The notes: a model not told the origin generated them from the sequence alone. 64,000 nucleotides of DNA from an uncultured Planctomycetaceae bacterium (GCA_963833985.1 CAWIAD010000001.1:384001-448000), one strand, 5' to 3'. Positions 1 through 10,548 are shown, numbered from the stretch's first letter. Translations and numbers: made by a program.

Positions 1-1299
1 GGCGAGGCGGGCTCGCGGCGCCCAGCGAGCGCATTCGCGTGGGCCTGATCGGCTGCGGCAACCATGGCGTGTACTGGAACATGCCGCAGATCTTCCGCTG
101 CCCGGACGCCCAGATCGTCGCGGTCTGCGACGTGGACAGGACCCACCTGGCCGACGGGCAGAAGATGGTCGATGAGCACTACGGGCCGAAGGTCGGCTCG
201 AGCTACAGCCCGTGCGCGGCGTATGGCGATTTCCGCAAGCTGATCCTCGATCGGAACGTCGACGTCGTCTCCAACCACACGCCCGACCACTGGCACATCA
301 TCCCCGCGATCATGGCCGTCAAATGCGGCAAGGACGTGATCTGCGAGAAACCGCTGACGCTCTTCCACGCCGAGGGCGTCGCGCTTTGCAAGGCCGTCGC
401 GGAGCACAACCGCGTCTTCCAGACGGCGTCCGAGAACCGGTCCATCGACGTCTACATCCGCCTGGCCGAGCTGGTGCGAAGCGGCGTGCTCGGCAAGCTC
501 GAGCGGATCGAGGTCGGCCTGCCCACGGGGAACAACGACCTCCGGCTGGGCCCGCAATCGAAGGAAACATTCAACCAGCGTCAGGATCAGCCGGTGCCGC
601 CGGAGCTGGATTATGACACCTGGCTGGGCCAGGCTCCCGACTTGCCGTACATCCCGGCCCGGCTCCATGGTGCGTTCCGGTGGAACCTGGCGTTCTCCGG
701 CGGCGTGCTCACGGACTGGGGCGCCGACATGATCGACCTGCGCAGTGGGGGCACGACACCGAGCACACCGGGCCGGTGAGCGTTGCCGGCAAGGGAGACT
801 TCCCCCCGCGCGACGCGGTCTTCAACACGGCCCCAACGTTCGATCTCCATTACGAGTACGCCGACGGCGTGACCATGAGCGTCAAGAGCGACGGCCCGTA
901 CATCCGCTTCCACGGCTCCCACGGCTGGATTGCCTCCCCCGGCTGGCGCGGGCGCTCCAGGCGAGCGACCCGGAGATCCTCAAGACGAAGGTTGATATCG
1001 ACAAGGTGAAGGTGTATCACCCGAGCGAGATCGTCAAGGCGGGCGACGGCGGCAAGGGGGGCGAGCACCGCAACTTCTATGACTGCGTGAAGAGCCGCAA
1101 GCCGACCTACGCACCCGCCGAGGTCGGCCACCGCACCATCACCATCGCCCACCTTGGCAACGCCGCCATGATGCTGGGCCGGAAGCTGCGCTGGAACCCC
1201 GAGGCCGAGGACTTCGTGGGCGACCAGGAAGCCAGCGCCCTCCTGACGCGGTCTCAGCGTCATCCCTGGACCATGGAAAACATCGACAGGTGGATCTGA
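1..1299 (+). CDS. Gfo/Idh/MocA family oxidoreductase, 5'-truncated by the window edge and split by two frameshifts (~740, ~950)
   Basis: GLIGCG Rossmann motif, TPDHWH, CEKPL and DWGAxMID in 39..779. Family sequence continues in 680..1009 (QWGHDTE..) and 745..1299 (HRNFYDCVKSRK..LGRKLRWNP). Confidence 0.9.
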
Positions 1300-1320
1300 A
1301 ACAGGCAACAGGAGTGAACG

Positions 1321-2199
1321 ATGCGACTTGCCATCTCGACGCTGTGCGCGGCGCTTGTGGGGTTCTCGTTGGCCGCAGGCGCCGAGCCGCCCCTGCCCAA
1401 TCCGTTCTACGCCATGGACACCTGCACCAAGCGCCCGTACCCCAGGAACGACATCACCCCGGCCGAGCAGTTCGACCTGCTCAAGGAGCTGGGCTACAAG
1501 GGAATTGCCTGGACCGAGGAATCGCCCGGGGCGGTGCGCGCGGCCGTGAAGGATGCCGAGGACCGCGGCCTGAAGATGTTCACCATCTACTGCTCCGCCA
1601 CCGTGACCGGCGAGGGCGAGCTCAAGCCCTCGCCGCTGATCGTGCCGATCATGGAAACGCTGCGCGGCCACGACACCGTGATCTGGCTGCACCTGGGCGG
1701 CAAGGGGCCAAGGATTGACACCCTGTCGGCCGCGACGCCGGTCATCACGCAACTACGGCAGCTCGCCGCCGAGGCCGAGCGAAACGGCCTGAAGATCGCA
1801 ATCTACCCGCACATCGGCGACTGGACCGAGAAGTTCCACGACGCCCTGCGCGTCGCCCGGCTCGTTGACCGCGGAAACTTTGGGGTCACCTTCAACCTCT
1901 GCCACGCCCTGGCCACCGGCGACGAGGCTCGCATCCCTGCGCTCATCCAGGATGCCGGACCGCTCATCTTCCAGGTCACCATCAACGGCGCCGATGCCGG
2001 GATCGTCGGCCCGCGCTGGGACCACCTGATCCAGAACCTCGACCGCGGCTCGTACGATGTGGGGTCCGTGCTCCGCTCCCTTCAGAAGGCCGGTTACACC
2101 GGACCGATCGGCCTGCAAGGCTACGGACTGACGGGCGACCGCCGAGAGAACCTCGCCCGGTCGATGGACGGCTGGAAGAAGCTCTCGGCCGGTGATTGA
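1321..2199 (+). CDS. Secreted sugar phosphate isomerase/epimerase (TIM barrel, AP endonuclease 2-like)
   Basis: Signal peptide; IYPH, FNLCH and GYTGPIGLQ motifs; GGAG RBS upstream. Confidence 0.85.
   Translation: MRLAISTLCAALVGFSLAAGAEPPLPNPFYAMDTCTKRPYPRNDITPAEQFDLLKELGYKGIAWTEESPGAVRAAVKDAEDRGLKMFTIYCSATVTGEGELKPSPLIVPIMETLRGHDTVIWLHLGGKGPRIDTLSAATPVITQLRQLAAEAERNGLKIAIYPHIGDWTEKFHDALRVARLVDRGNFGVTFNLCHALATGDEARIPALIQDAGPLIFQVTINGADAGIVGPRWDHLIQNLDRGSYDVGSVLRSLQKAGYTGPIGLQGYGLTGDRRENLARSMDGWKKLSAGD
2108..2193 (+). repeat. Left copy of an 86-bp direct repeat (3' end of the isomerase gene)
   Basis: Matches 5383..5468 with 6 mismatches by manual alignment. Confidence 0.95.
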
Positions 2200-3139
2200 C
2201 TCACTGAACTCGCGGTAATTATCTTCCTCGAAATAGAAACGGAAACTCTTACGGCGCCGGATCGATGACAGCTCACCCGTCCGGGCGGCTGTTGCTGAAC
2301 GTCGGCAGGCGAGGAGCCAATGACTTTCCGCAGGCAGTGGAACGAGCCTGTGAGCTGGGATCGCAATTAGCGAAACCGAATCTACCGATCGTACCGACAG
2401 AGGCAATCAAGAGGAGCGGTATCCAAATGGGCAGCTTCGTTTTTCGACCCCTTCTGGAGTCGGTTGAGTCCCGCATAATGCTCTCGACACTGGCCCCACA
2501 GCCGCGTTACGTGCATCATGAAAAGCATCCCAATCTCGCGGTGCACGTTCACCATCCCGTCACGCCGATCGGGCGGGCGCCCGTGCTCACGCCGATGGAT
2601 ATTGTTGTGAATATCGCGGCGAACACAAACAGCCCGGTACTGGGAGGCACGATCAACCTCAGCCTGACGACGACCCCGGCGCCGAACTTCGTCATCACGG
2701 GCACGATGTGGACTTACAATGTAACGTACAGCGGCGTGACGTCGGCGTATCTGACGCCGCAGAGTCCCGGGCTCCTGAACGCGACGGTCTATCTATCTGT
2801 CCCCGGCACCTACACGGTGACGGCAGTCACGACTTACAGGGACAGCAATCCTTCAGGGCCGTCGCACGCGCCCACGAAAGTAACAACCACCTTTACGGTT
2901 CCCCCGCCCTCGGCGATCGCGAAGGACGGGGGCGTCAACACTCCGATCCCCATAGGCGCCTTGGACCAGCTCGTCGATGATATCAACACCCCCAACGGCC
3001 CGCTCGGCTCCTTCGCTCCGGGCCTGTTCCAGGAGAATCTCACCAACGTTGCGTCGTTGATTCCCAACTTCCTGTTAGCGTCGGGGTGGGGGCCCAGCGG
3101 ATACGGTCAGGCCTGGAACGTCAATCCGCCTCATCTTTA

Positions 3140-4492
3140 GGCGAGCGGCAGGTCTTAGTTTCCCTGCTGCTCGGTGATTCTCGGTTTGATAGTGATGTCA
3201 TACTTCGGCAGGGTCGCCGATCTTTCCAATCGAGCTTCGTACTGCTTCATCTCCTTGGCGGCGACTCGAACGCCATCGGGATACTCGCCGTGGAGGCGTT
3301 TCACGATCGGGTGCCGGCGCTTCCAGGTCATTCGTAGGGCGCATTGCAGGACCACCTTCAGGCAGTTCAGTAACACGCCGTTCCATTTCTTCTCCAGGGC
3401 CGACCAGCAGCGTTCAATCGGGTTGTATTTGCTGTGGTAGGGGGGATAGTACACCAACCGAATCTCCAACCCCGACCAGTCGGCAAACTGGACCATCCGT
3501 TTCAGGAACTGGGTCCGCCGACCGGAGTTCTTGGGGCCGTTGTCCAGATAGATCACCAGGCGCTTGACATGCCCGAAGCCTGACCGGACCTGCAGCCACC
3601 ACATGCGGAGCGCATCGGCCCAAGCGTCGCTGGTCTCGCGCGATCCGAACAGGAGCATCAATACCCCGGTCACCCGCATCACGATGCCGAAAGGGACCAG
3701 CTTCTCCTTGGCTGGCGGATCGTGATCCCATCCCTTGGCCACTTGACCGTCGGCGGCGGTCCTGGTTTTTCCCCCCACGAGCGTAATCGCCCAATCCCAC
3801 CTTCGCCTTGGTGTCCATGGAGATCTCCAGCGCCTCAGGATCGTCCCGAGCCTGTTGCTGCACCTCCTTCACGTTGGCGAAGATCGCGTCGGTCTCCTTG
3901 GTCTTCTTCAGCGGCCTGCCCTTCTGAATCCGCTTGAGGCGGAAGTTCATGCGGTTGAGGATGTCCCGCATGGTGCGCTCGCTGGGCAACGCGTCTCGGG
4001 GATAGCCCTTGTCAATCAAGGCTCCTCGCACCTCCGCCGCCGACAGGTTCATGTACCGTCGCGACGACTTCAGTTCCGGATCGGCGTAGGTATGGGGCTC
4101 GACGATCGCACGGATGTCCGCAGCCAGTTGCGGGTCCTTCTCTTCGCTGCGCAGCCGACCTCTCGCGACGAAATTCTCGAGACAGCGTATCCCTTGACGG
4201 GCCTCGTGCAGTCCTTTCAGGACCGTTTCTCGTCCCCAGCCGAAGCGTCGTTCAGCTTGGCGGGCGCTGCCTTCACAGAGTTCCGTGGCCACCTCGGCCA
4301 TGAACAATCGGCGCTGGTATCCGGTCAGCCGTCTGGCTCCCGAACAGATCAAGGCGTCGAGGCACTCAGTGGATCCTTCCATGACGGTTCCCCTCCCTGG
4401 TGTACAGACGGCAACAGGCCAGGCTCTAGCCTTGCATCATCTCACAGAACGGGGAAGCTCAATTCCGGGTAGATCTCGACGTGCCGGTCGCC
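3140..4492 (-). mobile_element. ISAzo13 family insertion sequence (1353 bp)
   Basis: Imperfect terminal IRs: GGCGAGCGGCAGGTC and the reverse complement of GACGTGCCGGTCGCC. 3-bp TTA target duplication at 3137-3139 and 4493-4495. Confidence 0.92.
3155..4382 (-). CDS. ISAzo13 transposase in two frames joined at a G6A5 run (3766-3776)
   Basis: ISMDTKAKV, DNGPKN and YPPYHSKYNPIERCW DDE motifs across ORFs 3414..4382 and 3155..3778. Confidence 0.9.
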
Positions 4493-4696
4493 TTACGACA
4501 CGGAAGGGATTTCGAGCATGCCGTACAATGCCTGGGTGGTTATCCCCGACGGAGCCGCGTTCGTATCCTATACGCAACAGCTTCAATACACCTGGCAGAT
4601 GACGGACGACCAGGGCGGCCAGCACAGTTTCACGGTGAGCCTGCCGTCCCTGAACTGGTCCTGGATCAAGGTCGACAAGAATAACTGGGAGGTTCA

Positions 4697-5343
4697 ATGA
4701 TCTGGCGCGCGTGCCGTCTGGTCGTCCTCCTGGGCCTTCTGATCGCCATGGTGATCGGATCGGTGAAGTACCGTCGTGGGATTGTCCCCTTGCCCGATTA
4801 CGAGCCCGGCAATCTCCCGCCGTGGCCCAAGCGACCTCTTGTGGGTCCGCCTTTCCCTACGCCTTATTCGCCTCCGCTTCCGCCCGCGAAGGTCTATACG
4901 GGAATCGATACCCGTCACCTGCCGTTCATGCCCGACCTGGAGTCGACCGGCCAGTTCAAGGTCCTGATCGAGCTCGAGGACCCAGGCGATCCGAAAAGTA
5001 TCGCGCTGGCCAAGGAGGTTCAGCGCGCGCTGGAGCGAGCACGGCCGGAGAACCCGAGCCGGATGGAATCTTTCCCAACCTGGAAAACCAACGATCCCTT
5101 GCATCCCGAGCTGATTCCGCTGGGGTGGTATCTCTCCATCAAACGAGTCAAGCGGCTGTCGGAAGGCAACTGGCGGGCCGTCGTTTTCGCGAATCCGATC
5201 TGCACGACGAAGGAGCGCAACCGCGTCCGAACCTTGAACCACCATATCGAGTATTACCGATACGTCGACGGCGTGCTGGAATTTGTCGGCGATGAGATTG
5301 ATCCTTACTTCGGTCAAGGGATCTTCCCGATTGTGCGCCCTGA
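4697..5343 (+). CDS. Hypothetical membrane-anchored protein (second islet gene); probable true stop at ~5341-5343
   Basis: ATGA overlap with the upstream gene, N-terminal hydrophobic helix, Pro-rich linker. As given, the frame reads through into the 5519 gene; one extra C in CGCCC-TGA would terminate it. Confidence 0.65.
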
Positions 5344-5382
5344 AAAGGACCATGACCCAAGCCTCCGTCTCTGCCTGCATTT

Positions 5383-5468
5383 TCGGCCTGCAAGGATACG
5401 GACTTGCGGGCGACCGCCGAGAGAACCTCGCCCGGTCGATGGACGGATGGAAGAAGCTCTGGACCGGT
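5383..5468 (+). repeat. Right copy of the 86-bp direct repeat (duplicated isomerase 3' end)
   Basis: Encodes GLQGYGLAGDRRENLARSMDGWKKL versus GLQGYGLTGDRRENLARSMDGWKKL in the isomerase. Confidence 0.95.
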
Positions 5469-5518
5469 CGATGAGTTCCGGAGACCTCGGTCCGTTTCGC
5501 GCGGGATGGGAGAGTGGC

Positions 5519-7309
5519 ATGCACCGATTGCTTGCGAACGTGGTGAACAGCACTCTGTGCACGGCGTGGTGGCTGGCCCTTGCTTTGGCGTGCCCGCCTC
5601 TCTCGGCCCGTGCGGATAACTTCGTGGTGGACGCTCAGGCGCCCGGGGCGGCCGATACGAACCCGGGCACCACGGAGCGGCCGTTCCGGACGATTCAGCG
5701 GGCGGTCGATCGTGCCAGGCCAGGCGATACGGTCTTCGTCATGGCGGGCAACTACGACGAACGCGTGCAGATCCGGCAAGGCGGGGCGGAGGGTCAGCCG
5801 ATCACGCTCACGGCCAGGCCCTGGCGGTCGGCCGTGGTCCGCGGCTTTGACGTGCACGCCAGCTTCGTCCGGATCGAGGGGTTCGAGATCACCGCGCTCC
5901 ATCCAGCCACGGCCGTGCAGCTTCACGGCGCGCACTGCGAGATCCTCGACAACGCCATTCACGACATGATGACGGCCGTGGCGGGAACAACCGGCGAGCC
6001 GACCCGTGGCACGAACCGCCGCGACTATTCCGCCGTGGCCCACCACCGCATCGCCTACAACAAGGTGGACCACTGCCAGTACGGCTTCATGCTCGGCGGC
6101 AACGACTGGCTCGTGGAAAACAACGAGGTGAACCGGCTCTTCATGTACACGCCGGGAAACCGCTACGACGACTGCGACTACACACGGTTCTTCGGCAAAG
6201 GCTGCGTGCAAAGATACAACTATTATCATGGTAGCATCGCGTCCGAGATCCGCACCGCGCACGTCGATTGCCTTCAGACCTTCACGGTCAACGGCGAGAG
6301 CGCGGAGGACCTCGTGTTCGACGACAACGTCTGCTTCGACTTCCACCAGATGTGCATGGTGGAGAGCACCTCGCACATCGGCAGCGTGCGGAACTGGACG
6401 TTCCGGAGGAACATCATCTCCACCAACTCAAAGGCGATGAGCGGGGGCTGGGGCCCGGACATCATCCAGACGCAGGACGTGACGATCGATCACAACACCA
6501 TCTCCAATGTGCGCTGGGCAACCATTGGCCTGCGCGGCAAGGAATCCACCGGCGGCCGGATCCGCAACAACATCCTCTGCCACGCCGAACGCGCGGTGAT
6601 CGCCGGCGACGGCGACTTCACCGCCTCCGCTCCACTCATCGAGTTCAACCTGACGTTCGACACCTCGCCCGCCCCCGGCGCGACGAACCTCAACGGCAAG
6701 GACCCGCTCTTCGTCGCCCCCTCCCAGCGGAACTTCCGGCTGCGGCAGGGAAGCCCGGCCATCGCCGCCGGGCCGGACGGCACCACGCTGGGCGCCCTGC
6801 CGTACCCCAACGTCTATTACGTGGATCCGCGCCATCCGGCCGCTGCCGACGAGCCGGGATGGGGTTATCCGGCGGTGCCGCTGAAGACACTCGCCCGCGC
6901 CTGCGACCTCGCGAGAACCGGGGAGACCATCGTCCTCCGAGGCGGCGTCTATCGCGAGACCTTGCGGCCTGCCTGCGACGGCGTGACGATCCGGGCGATG
7001 CCCGGCGAGACCGTCACCATCAGCGGCGCGGATCTCATCGAGGGCTGGAGGCGCGAGGCTGATGGTGGCTGGTCGGCCGAGCTGCCATCCCTCCCTGCGC
7101 ACGTTCTCCGCGACGGTCAGCCGTGGAGCAAGTTCGCGTACGATGGGGCGGCGAAGCGAATGATCGTGAATAGCGGCGACCCCAGGCTGCACGTGTACGA
7201 GGCGGTCGTGAGACGCCAGGCAGTCGACAAGGGCACACGCCAGGATGTGAAAATCGAGGGGATCGCCGTCGCGAACACCACGTCGGCCCCGGAGGGCACG
7301 GTTCCCTGA
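5519..7309 (+). CDS. Secreted right-handed beta-helix protein with two DUF1565-like domains
   Basis: Own RBS/ATG and signal peptide. PGTTERPFRTIQRA..PGDTV and YYVDP..PLKTL..GETIVLRGGVYRE motifs flank Asn-rich beta-helix repeats and DPLFV..NFRL..GSPAI. Confidence 0.8.
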   Translation: MHRLLANVVNSTLCTAWWLALALACPPLSARADNFVVDAQAPGAADTNPGTTERPFRTIQRAVDRARPGDTVFVMAGNYDERVQIRQGGAEGQPITLTARPWRSAVVRGFDVHASFVRIEGFEITALHPATAVQLHGAHCEILDNAIHDMMTAVAGTTGEPTRGTNRRDYSAVAHHRIAYNKVDHCQYGFMLGGNDWLVENNEVNRLFMYTPGNRYDDCDYTRFFGKGCVQRYNYYHGSIASEIRTAHVDCLQTFTVNGESAEDLVFDDNVCFDFHQMCMVESTSHIGSVRNWTFRRNIISTNSKAMSGGWGPDIIQTQDVTIDHNTISNVRWATIGLRGKESTGGRIRNNILCHAERAVIAGDGDFTASAPLIEFNLTFDTSPAPGATNLNGKDPLFVAPSQRNFRLRQGSPAIAAGPDGTTLGALPYPNVYYVDPRHPAAADEPGWGYPAVPLKTLARACDLARTGETIVLRGGVYRETLRPACDGVTIRAMPGETVTISGADLIEGWRREADGGWSAELPSLPAHVLRDGQPWSKFAYDGAAKRMIVNSGDPRLHVYEAVVRRQAVDKGTRQDVKIEGIAVANTTSAPEGTVP

Positions 7310-7441
7310 GCGCACAGCAAGGGGCAGATTGGAGCATTCTCCCATCGCTGCCGCAATAATCGCTCCCTCGCCGCGAACTTGTTTTCAGTTGCCTTCGGTC
7401 CGTCACGTCCCTCCTTGAATCCCTTGCTCCGAGGCAGCGGT

Positions 7442-9508
7442 ATGCCTGCACCTTACCGACGTATCCGTCGCTGGGTTCTGTATCCGGCGGCTGGAATCGC
7501 TTTGTTGTTCGTGGCAAGCCGGCTCGCGGATCGCCGGCCGCCGGAGATCCGGGAATACGCGGACGTACGCACGGAGTGGGAGCAGTCAGGTCATGAACGG
7601 ACCGCGCCCGAGAAAGCGCGTCTGGCGGCACGTAGCCTCGAAGTTGGCCGCAAGTATCCCGGGACCGCCGCCGGGATATCGGCCCAGCTCCTGGCGGCAA
7701 CCCTGGCCCCGGAGACGAGTGCCGGGCGAGACGCCAGGAACGAATTCGCCGGACAGCTGGAGACCGCGGATATCGGCAGCCTGGCGCAGGCCCTCGACTG
7801 GGGCCTGGGTCGATGGCAAGCGATCGAGGACCTCGTCCCGAAGCTCCTGGCTCGGGCGCGCCGATCTCCGGGCGACCCCCGAACGGCCCGGTTGCTGGTT
7901 GCCGTCTGCGACGCGACTCGGCCCCGAGACGAGCGCGATCCACCACCAGCGTACGTCGAGGCAGCGGACCTGATCGCGGACCAGTACGCCGATAGCCCGG
8001 AGATCTCCCATCTTTGCGAGGGCCTGGGAGCCTCGCCCAACGGCAGCCCTCCCTGGGCCTCTCGGTTCGAGCGGCACCTCCGCGCCATTCTCAGAGTGAA
8101 CAAGGATCGTGCGGTTCGGTGCACGGCCCTCTTCGCTCTGGCGTCCACATTGCAATCCGCCCTGGACGACCGGCAAACGGAAGCCAGAGCGCTCTATGAG
8201 CAGTTCTGCAATGACTTCGACGGCACGTTCGCGTATCCCTTTCAGCCCATCGAGCAGACGCTCAACTCGCTGGCGCACGACCAGCTCAAGGAGCTGCGCT
8301 TTCGCGCCGTCGGCAAGCCTGCTTCGGAGATCGTCAGCGTCGACCTGGACGGCCGCGCCATCACGCTCAGCCAGTACCAGGGGCGCGTGGTCTTGCTGAG
8401 TTTCTGGGGGAGCTGGTGCTTCCCCTGCATGAAACTCATACCTCGCGAGCGGGAACTGGCGGCCCGGCTGCGGAACGAGCCCTTTGCCATCGTCGGGGTC
8501 AACTGCGATCCCGACCTCGAGAAAGCCCGCCTCGCCGTCGCGAGCAGCCAGATGACCTGGTCCTCGTTTCGGAATCAAGGCACGAGCGGTCCGGCGATCA
8601 CGGAGCACTGGAAGATTCTGGGGTATCCCACTCTCTACCTGATCGATCACCACGGCATCATTCGCCGCCGCTGGATTGGTTCTCCGCCCGCCGAGGAGCT
8701 CGACTCGCTCACGGAAGTGCTCGTCGACTCGGCGCGCCGCCAGCTCTCCGTCGAGCAGACCGCAGAGGTCGTCGCGAAGTTGCGTCCGCCGACACCGACT
8801 CAGCCCTCCGCGCCGCGGGTCGAGCACGGCGCGGCTCGCTCGGGGGCCAAGTTCCTCGAGAAGACCCATCGCGATCCCGATGGAATCGAATCGAAGTATG
8901 CCCTCTTCGTTCCGGGCATCGCCCCCGGAGTGAAGGCGCTTCCCGCGATTCTCTACCTGCACGGAGCCGGCGGTCGCGGGTCTGACGGTCGCAGCCTGCT
9001 GGCCAACGGCCTCGCCCGGGCCATCGAGCAGAGAGGCGCGGACTTTCCTTTTGTCGCCATCTTTCCGCAGGCCCGCGCGGACGAGTGCTGGAGGGCCGGC
9101 ACGCCAGGCGGCAACCGCGCCCTGGCAATCCTCGATCAGGTGCGATCCGAGTACCCGATCGACAGCAACCGCATCGCACTCACGGGTCATTCCATGGGGG
9201 GTGAAGGGACCTGGAGCCTGGGAGCCAGCGAACCCCAGCGCTGGGCTGCGATCGTGCCGATTGCGCATGGCGCCAATTCTGGCCTGGCAAGAAGTCTGAA
9301 AGATCTGCCCTGCTGGTGCTTTCACGGTGACGCCGATGAGGTCATTCCAGTGGAGCAGTCCCGCGAGATGATCCGGGCCATTCAGGCCGCGGGAGGTCGG
9401 CCGCTCTACCAGGAGCTGCCTGGCCGCGACCACAACGGCTGCCCGGACCGCGTCTATACCCTGCCCGAGCTCTGGGAATGGCTGCTGCTCCAGGATCGAT
9501 CGAAGTGA
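7442..9508 (+). CDS. TlpA-like redoxin fused to an alpha/beta-hydrolase (esterase/peptidase)
   Basis: FWGSWCFPC and GYPTLYLID thioredoxin motifs; LYLHGAG, GHSMGG and FHGDAD..H hydrolase motifs. Confidence 0.85.
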   Translation: MPAPYRRIRRWVLYPAAGIALLFVASRLADRRPPEIREYADVRTEWEQSGHERTAPEKARLAARSLEVGRKYPGTAAGISAQLLAATLAPETSAGRDARNEFAGQLETADIGSLAQALDWGLGRWQAIEDLVPKLLARARRSPGDPRTARLLVAVCDATRPRDERDPPPAYVEAADLIADQYADSPEISHLCEGLGASPNGSPPWASRFERHLRAILRVNKDRAVRCTALFALASTLQSALDDRQTEARALYEQFCNDFDGTFAYPFQPIEQTLNSLAHDQLKELRFRAVGKPASEIVSVDLDGRAITLSQYQGRVVLLSFWGSWCFPCMKLIPRERELAARLRNEPFAIVGVNCDPDLEKARLAVASSQMTWSSFRNQGTSGPAITEHWKILGYPTLYLIDHHGIIRRRWIGSPPAEELDSLTEVLVDSARRQLSVEQTAEVVAKLRPPTPTQPSAPRVEHGAARSGAKFLEKTHRDPDGIESKYALFVPGIAPGVKALPAILYLHGAGGRGSDGRSLLANGLARAIEQRGADFPFVAIFPQARADECWRAGTPGGNRALAILDQVRSEYPIDSNRIALTGHSMGGEGTWSLGASEPQRWAAIVPIAHGANSGLARSLKDLPCWCFHGDADEVIPVEQSREMIRAIQAAGGRPLYQELPGRDHNGCPDRVYTLPELWEWLLLQDRSK

Positions 9509-9537
9509 TGCAACGGGCGATGCCGGATCGGACAGGT

Positions 9538-10548
9538 TCAATCCGCGCGGTCCAGAACAACGCGGTAGCGCGCCTTGCCGTGCGCAGATGGTCGAACGCC
9601 TTGTTCACGTCTTTCATCGGGAAATGCTGCGTCACCGGCCGGATCTGGTGTCGGGCCGTGAACTCCAGCATGTCGCGGAGCACGGCCGGGCTGCCCATCG
9701 GCGATCCCGAGATGCTGCGCTGTCCGCCGATGAGCGCGAACGCGGCGCGGGGATCGGCTCCGGGACCGATCCCACGGTGTGCAAGCGCCGCGCGGCGCCA
9801 GCGCATTCAGGTAAGCGGGCCAGTCAAGATTGGCGTTGGCCGTGTTCAAGATCAGGTCAAAATGCCCCGCCCGCTTCGCCATCGCGGCGGAGTCTCGCGA
9901 GTTGACCACGTGATGGGCACCCATCTGCTTCGCCTCGGCCTCCTTGCCGGGAGACGAGGAAAACGCGGTCACCTCGCAGCCCCACTTGTTCATGAACTGC
10001 AAGGCCATGTGGCCCAGGCCGCCGATGCCGATCACGCCCACCCGCTGGGTCGGCCGCACATCGAACTGGACAAGGGGGTTGAAGACCGTGATTCCCCCGC
10101 AGAAGAGTGGGCCGGCGTCCCTGGCGTCGAGCGCATCCGGCAGCGCGATTGCCCAGGCCGAGTGGCAGCGAACAAGGTCCGCGAAACCACCATGCCGGCC
10201 GACGATGGTCGGTTCCGCTGTCGAACATAAGTTATGATCACCATGCATGCAATTTTGGCAGTGCATGCAACTGCCGCTGTACCAGCCCAGACCCACGCGC
10301 TGGCCGGCCTTCAGGTTCTTCACCTGGCTCCCCGCGGTGAGGACCGTGCCCACGACCTCGTGCCCCGGTACAACCGGGAAACGGCTGATCCCCCATTCGT
10401 CGTCAATCAAGGCCAGGTCGGAATGGCAAATACCGCAGGATTCGACGCTGATATCGATTTGATCGGGACCGATCTCGCCGAGCGAGTACTCGAAGGGCGA
10501 AAGCGGCCCCCCCTTTTCCCGGACGGCGTGGGCGTGGACCGTGGTCAT
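9538..10548 (-). CDS. ahr: NADPH-dependent Zn aldehyde reductase (Ahr/YjgB-like), with indels near 9750-9800
   Basis: CGICHSD, PGHEVVG, CxxCxxC-C and GIGGLGH. The LIGGQRSISGS segment lies in another frame and the C-terminal GKARYRVVL is present. Confidence 0.85.
   Translation of the reverse strand: MTTVHAHAVREKGGPLSPFEYSLGEIGPDQIDISVESCGICHSDLALIDDEWGISRFPVVPGHEVVGTVLTAGSQVKNLKAGQRVGLGWYSGSCMHCQNCMHGDHNLCSTAEPTIVGRHGGFADLVRCHSAWAIALPDALDARDAGPLFCGGITVFNPLVQFDVRPTQRVGVIGIGGLGHMALQFMNKWGCEVTAFSSSPGKEAEAKQMGAHHVVNSRDSAAMAKRAGHFDLILNTANANLDWPAYLNALAPRGACTPWDRSRSRSPRRVRAHRRTAQHLGIADGQPGRAPRHAGVHGPTPDPAGDAAFPDERREQGVRPSAHGKARYRVVLDRAD

Larger units (their letters stand above)
2427..4700 (+). pseudogene. 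Planctomycete-type secreted protein interrupted by ISAzo13
   Basis: N-terminal FRPLLESVESRIMLS motif and a Thr/Pro/Val-rich body. Removing 3140..4495 joins ...NPPHL-YDTEGISSMPYNAW...NNWEVQ* in frame. Confidence 0.85.

Noticed and set aside
4697..7309. 870-aa ORF as a single fusion protein
   Set aside because: The middle crosses the duplicated isomerase tail out of frame. The 5519 ATG has its own RBS and signal peptide, and one extra C at ~5340 gives a stop.
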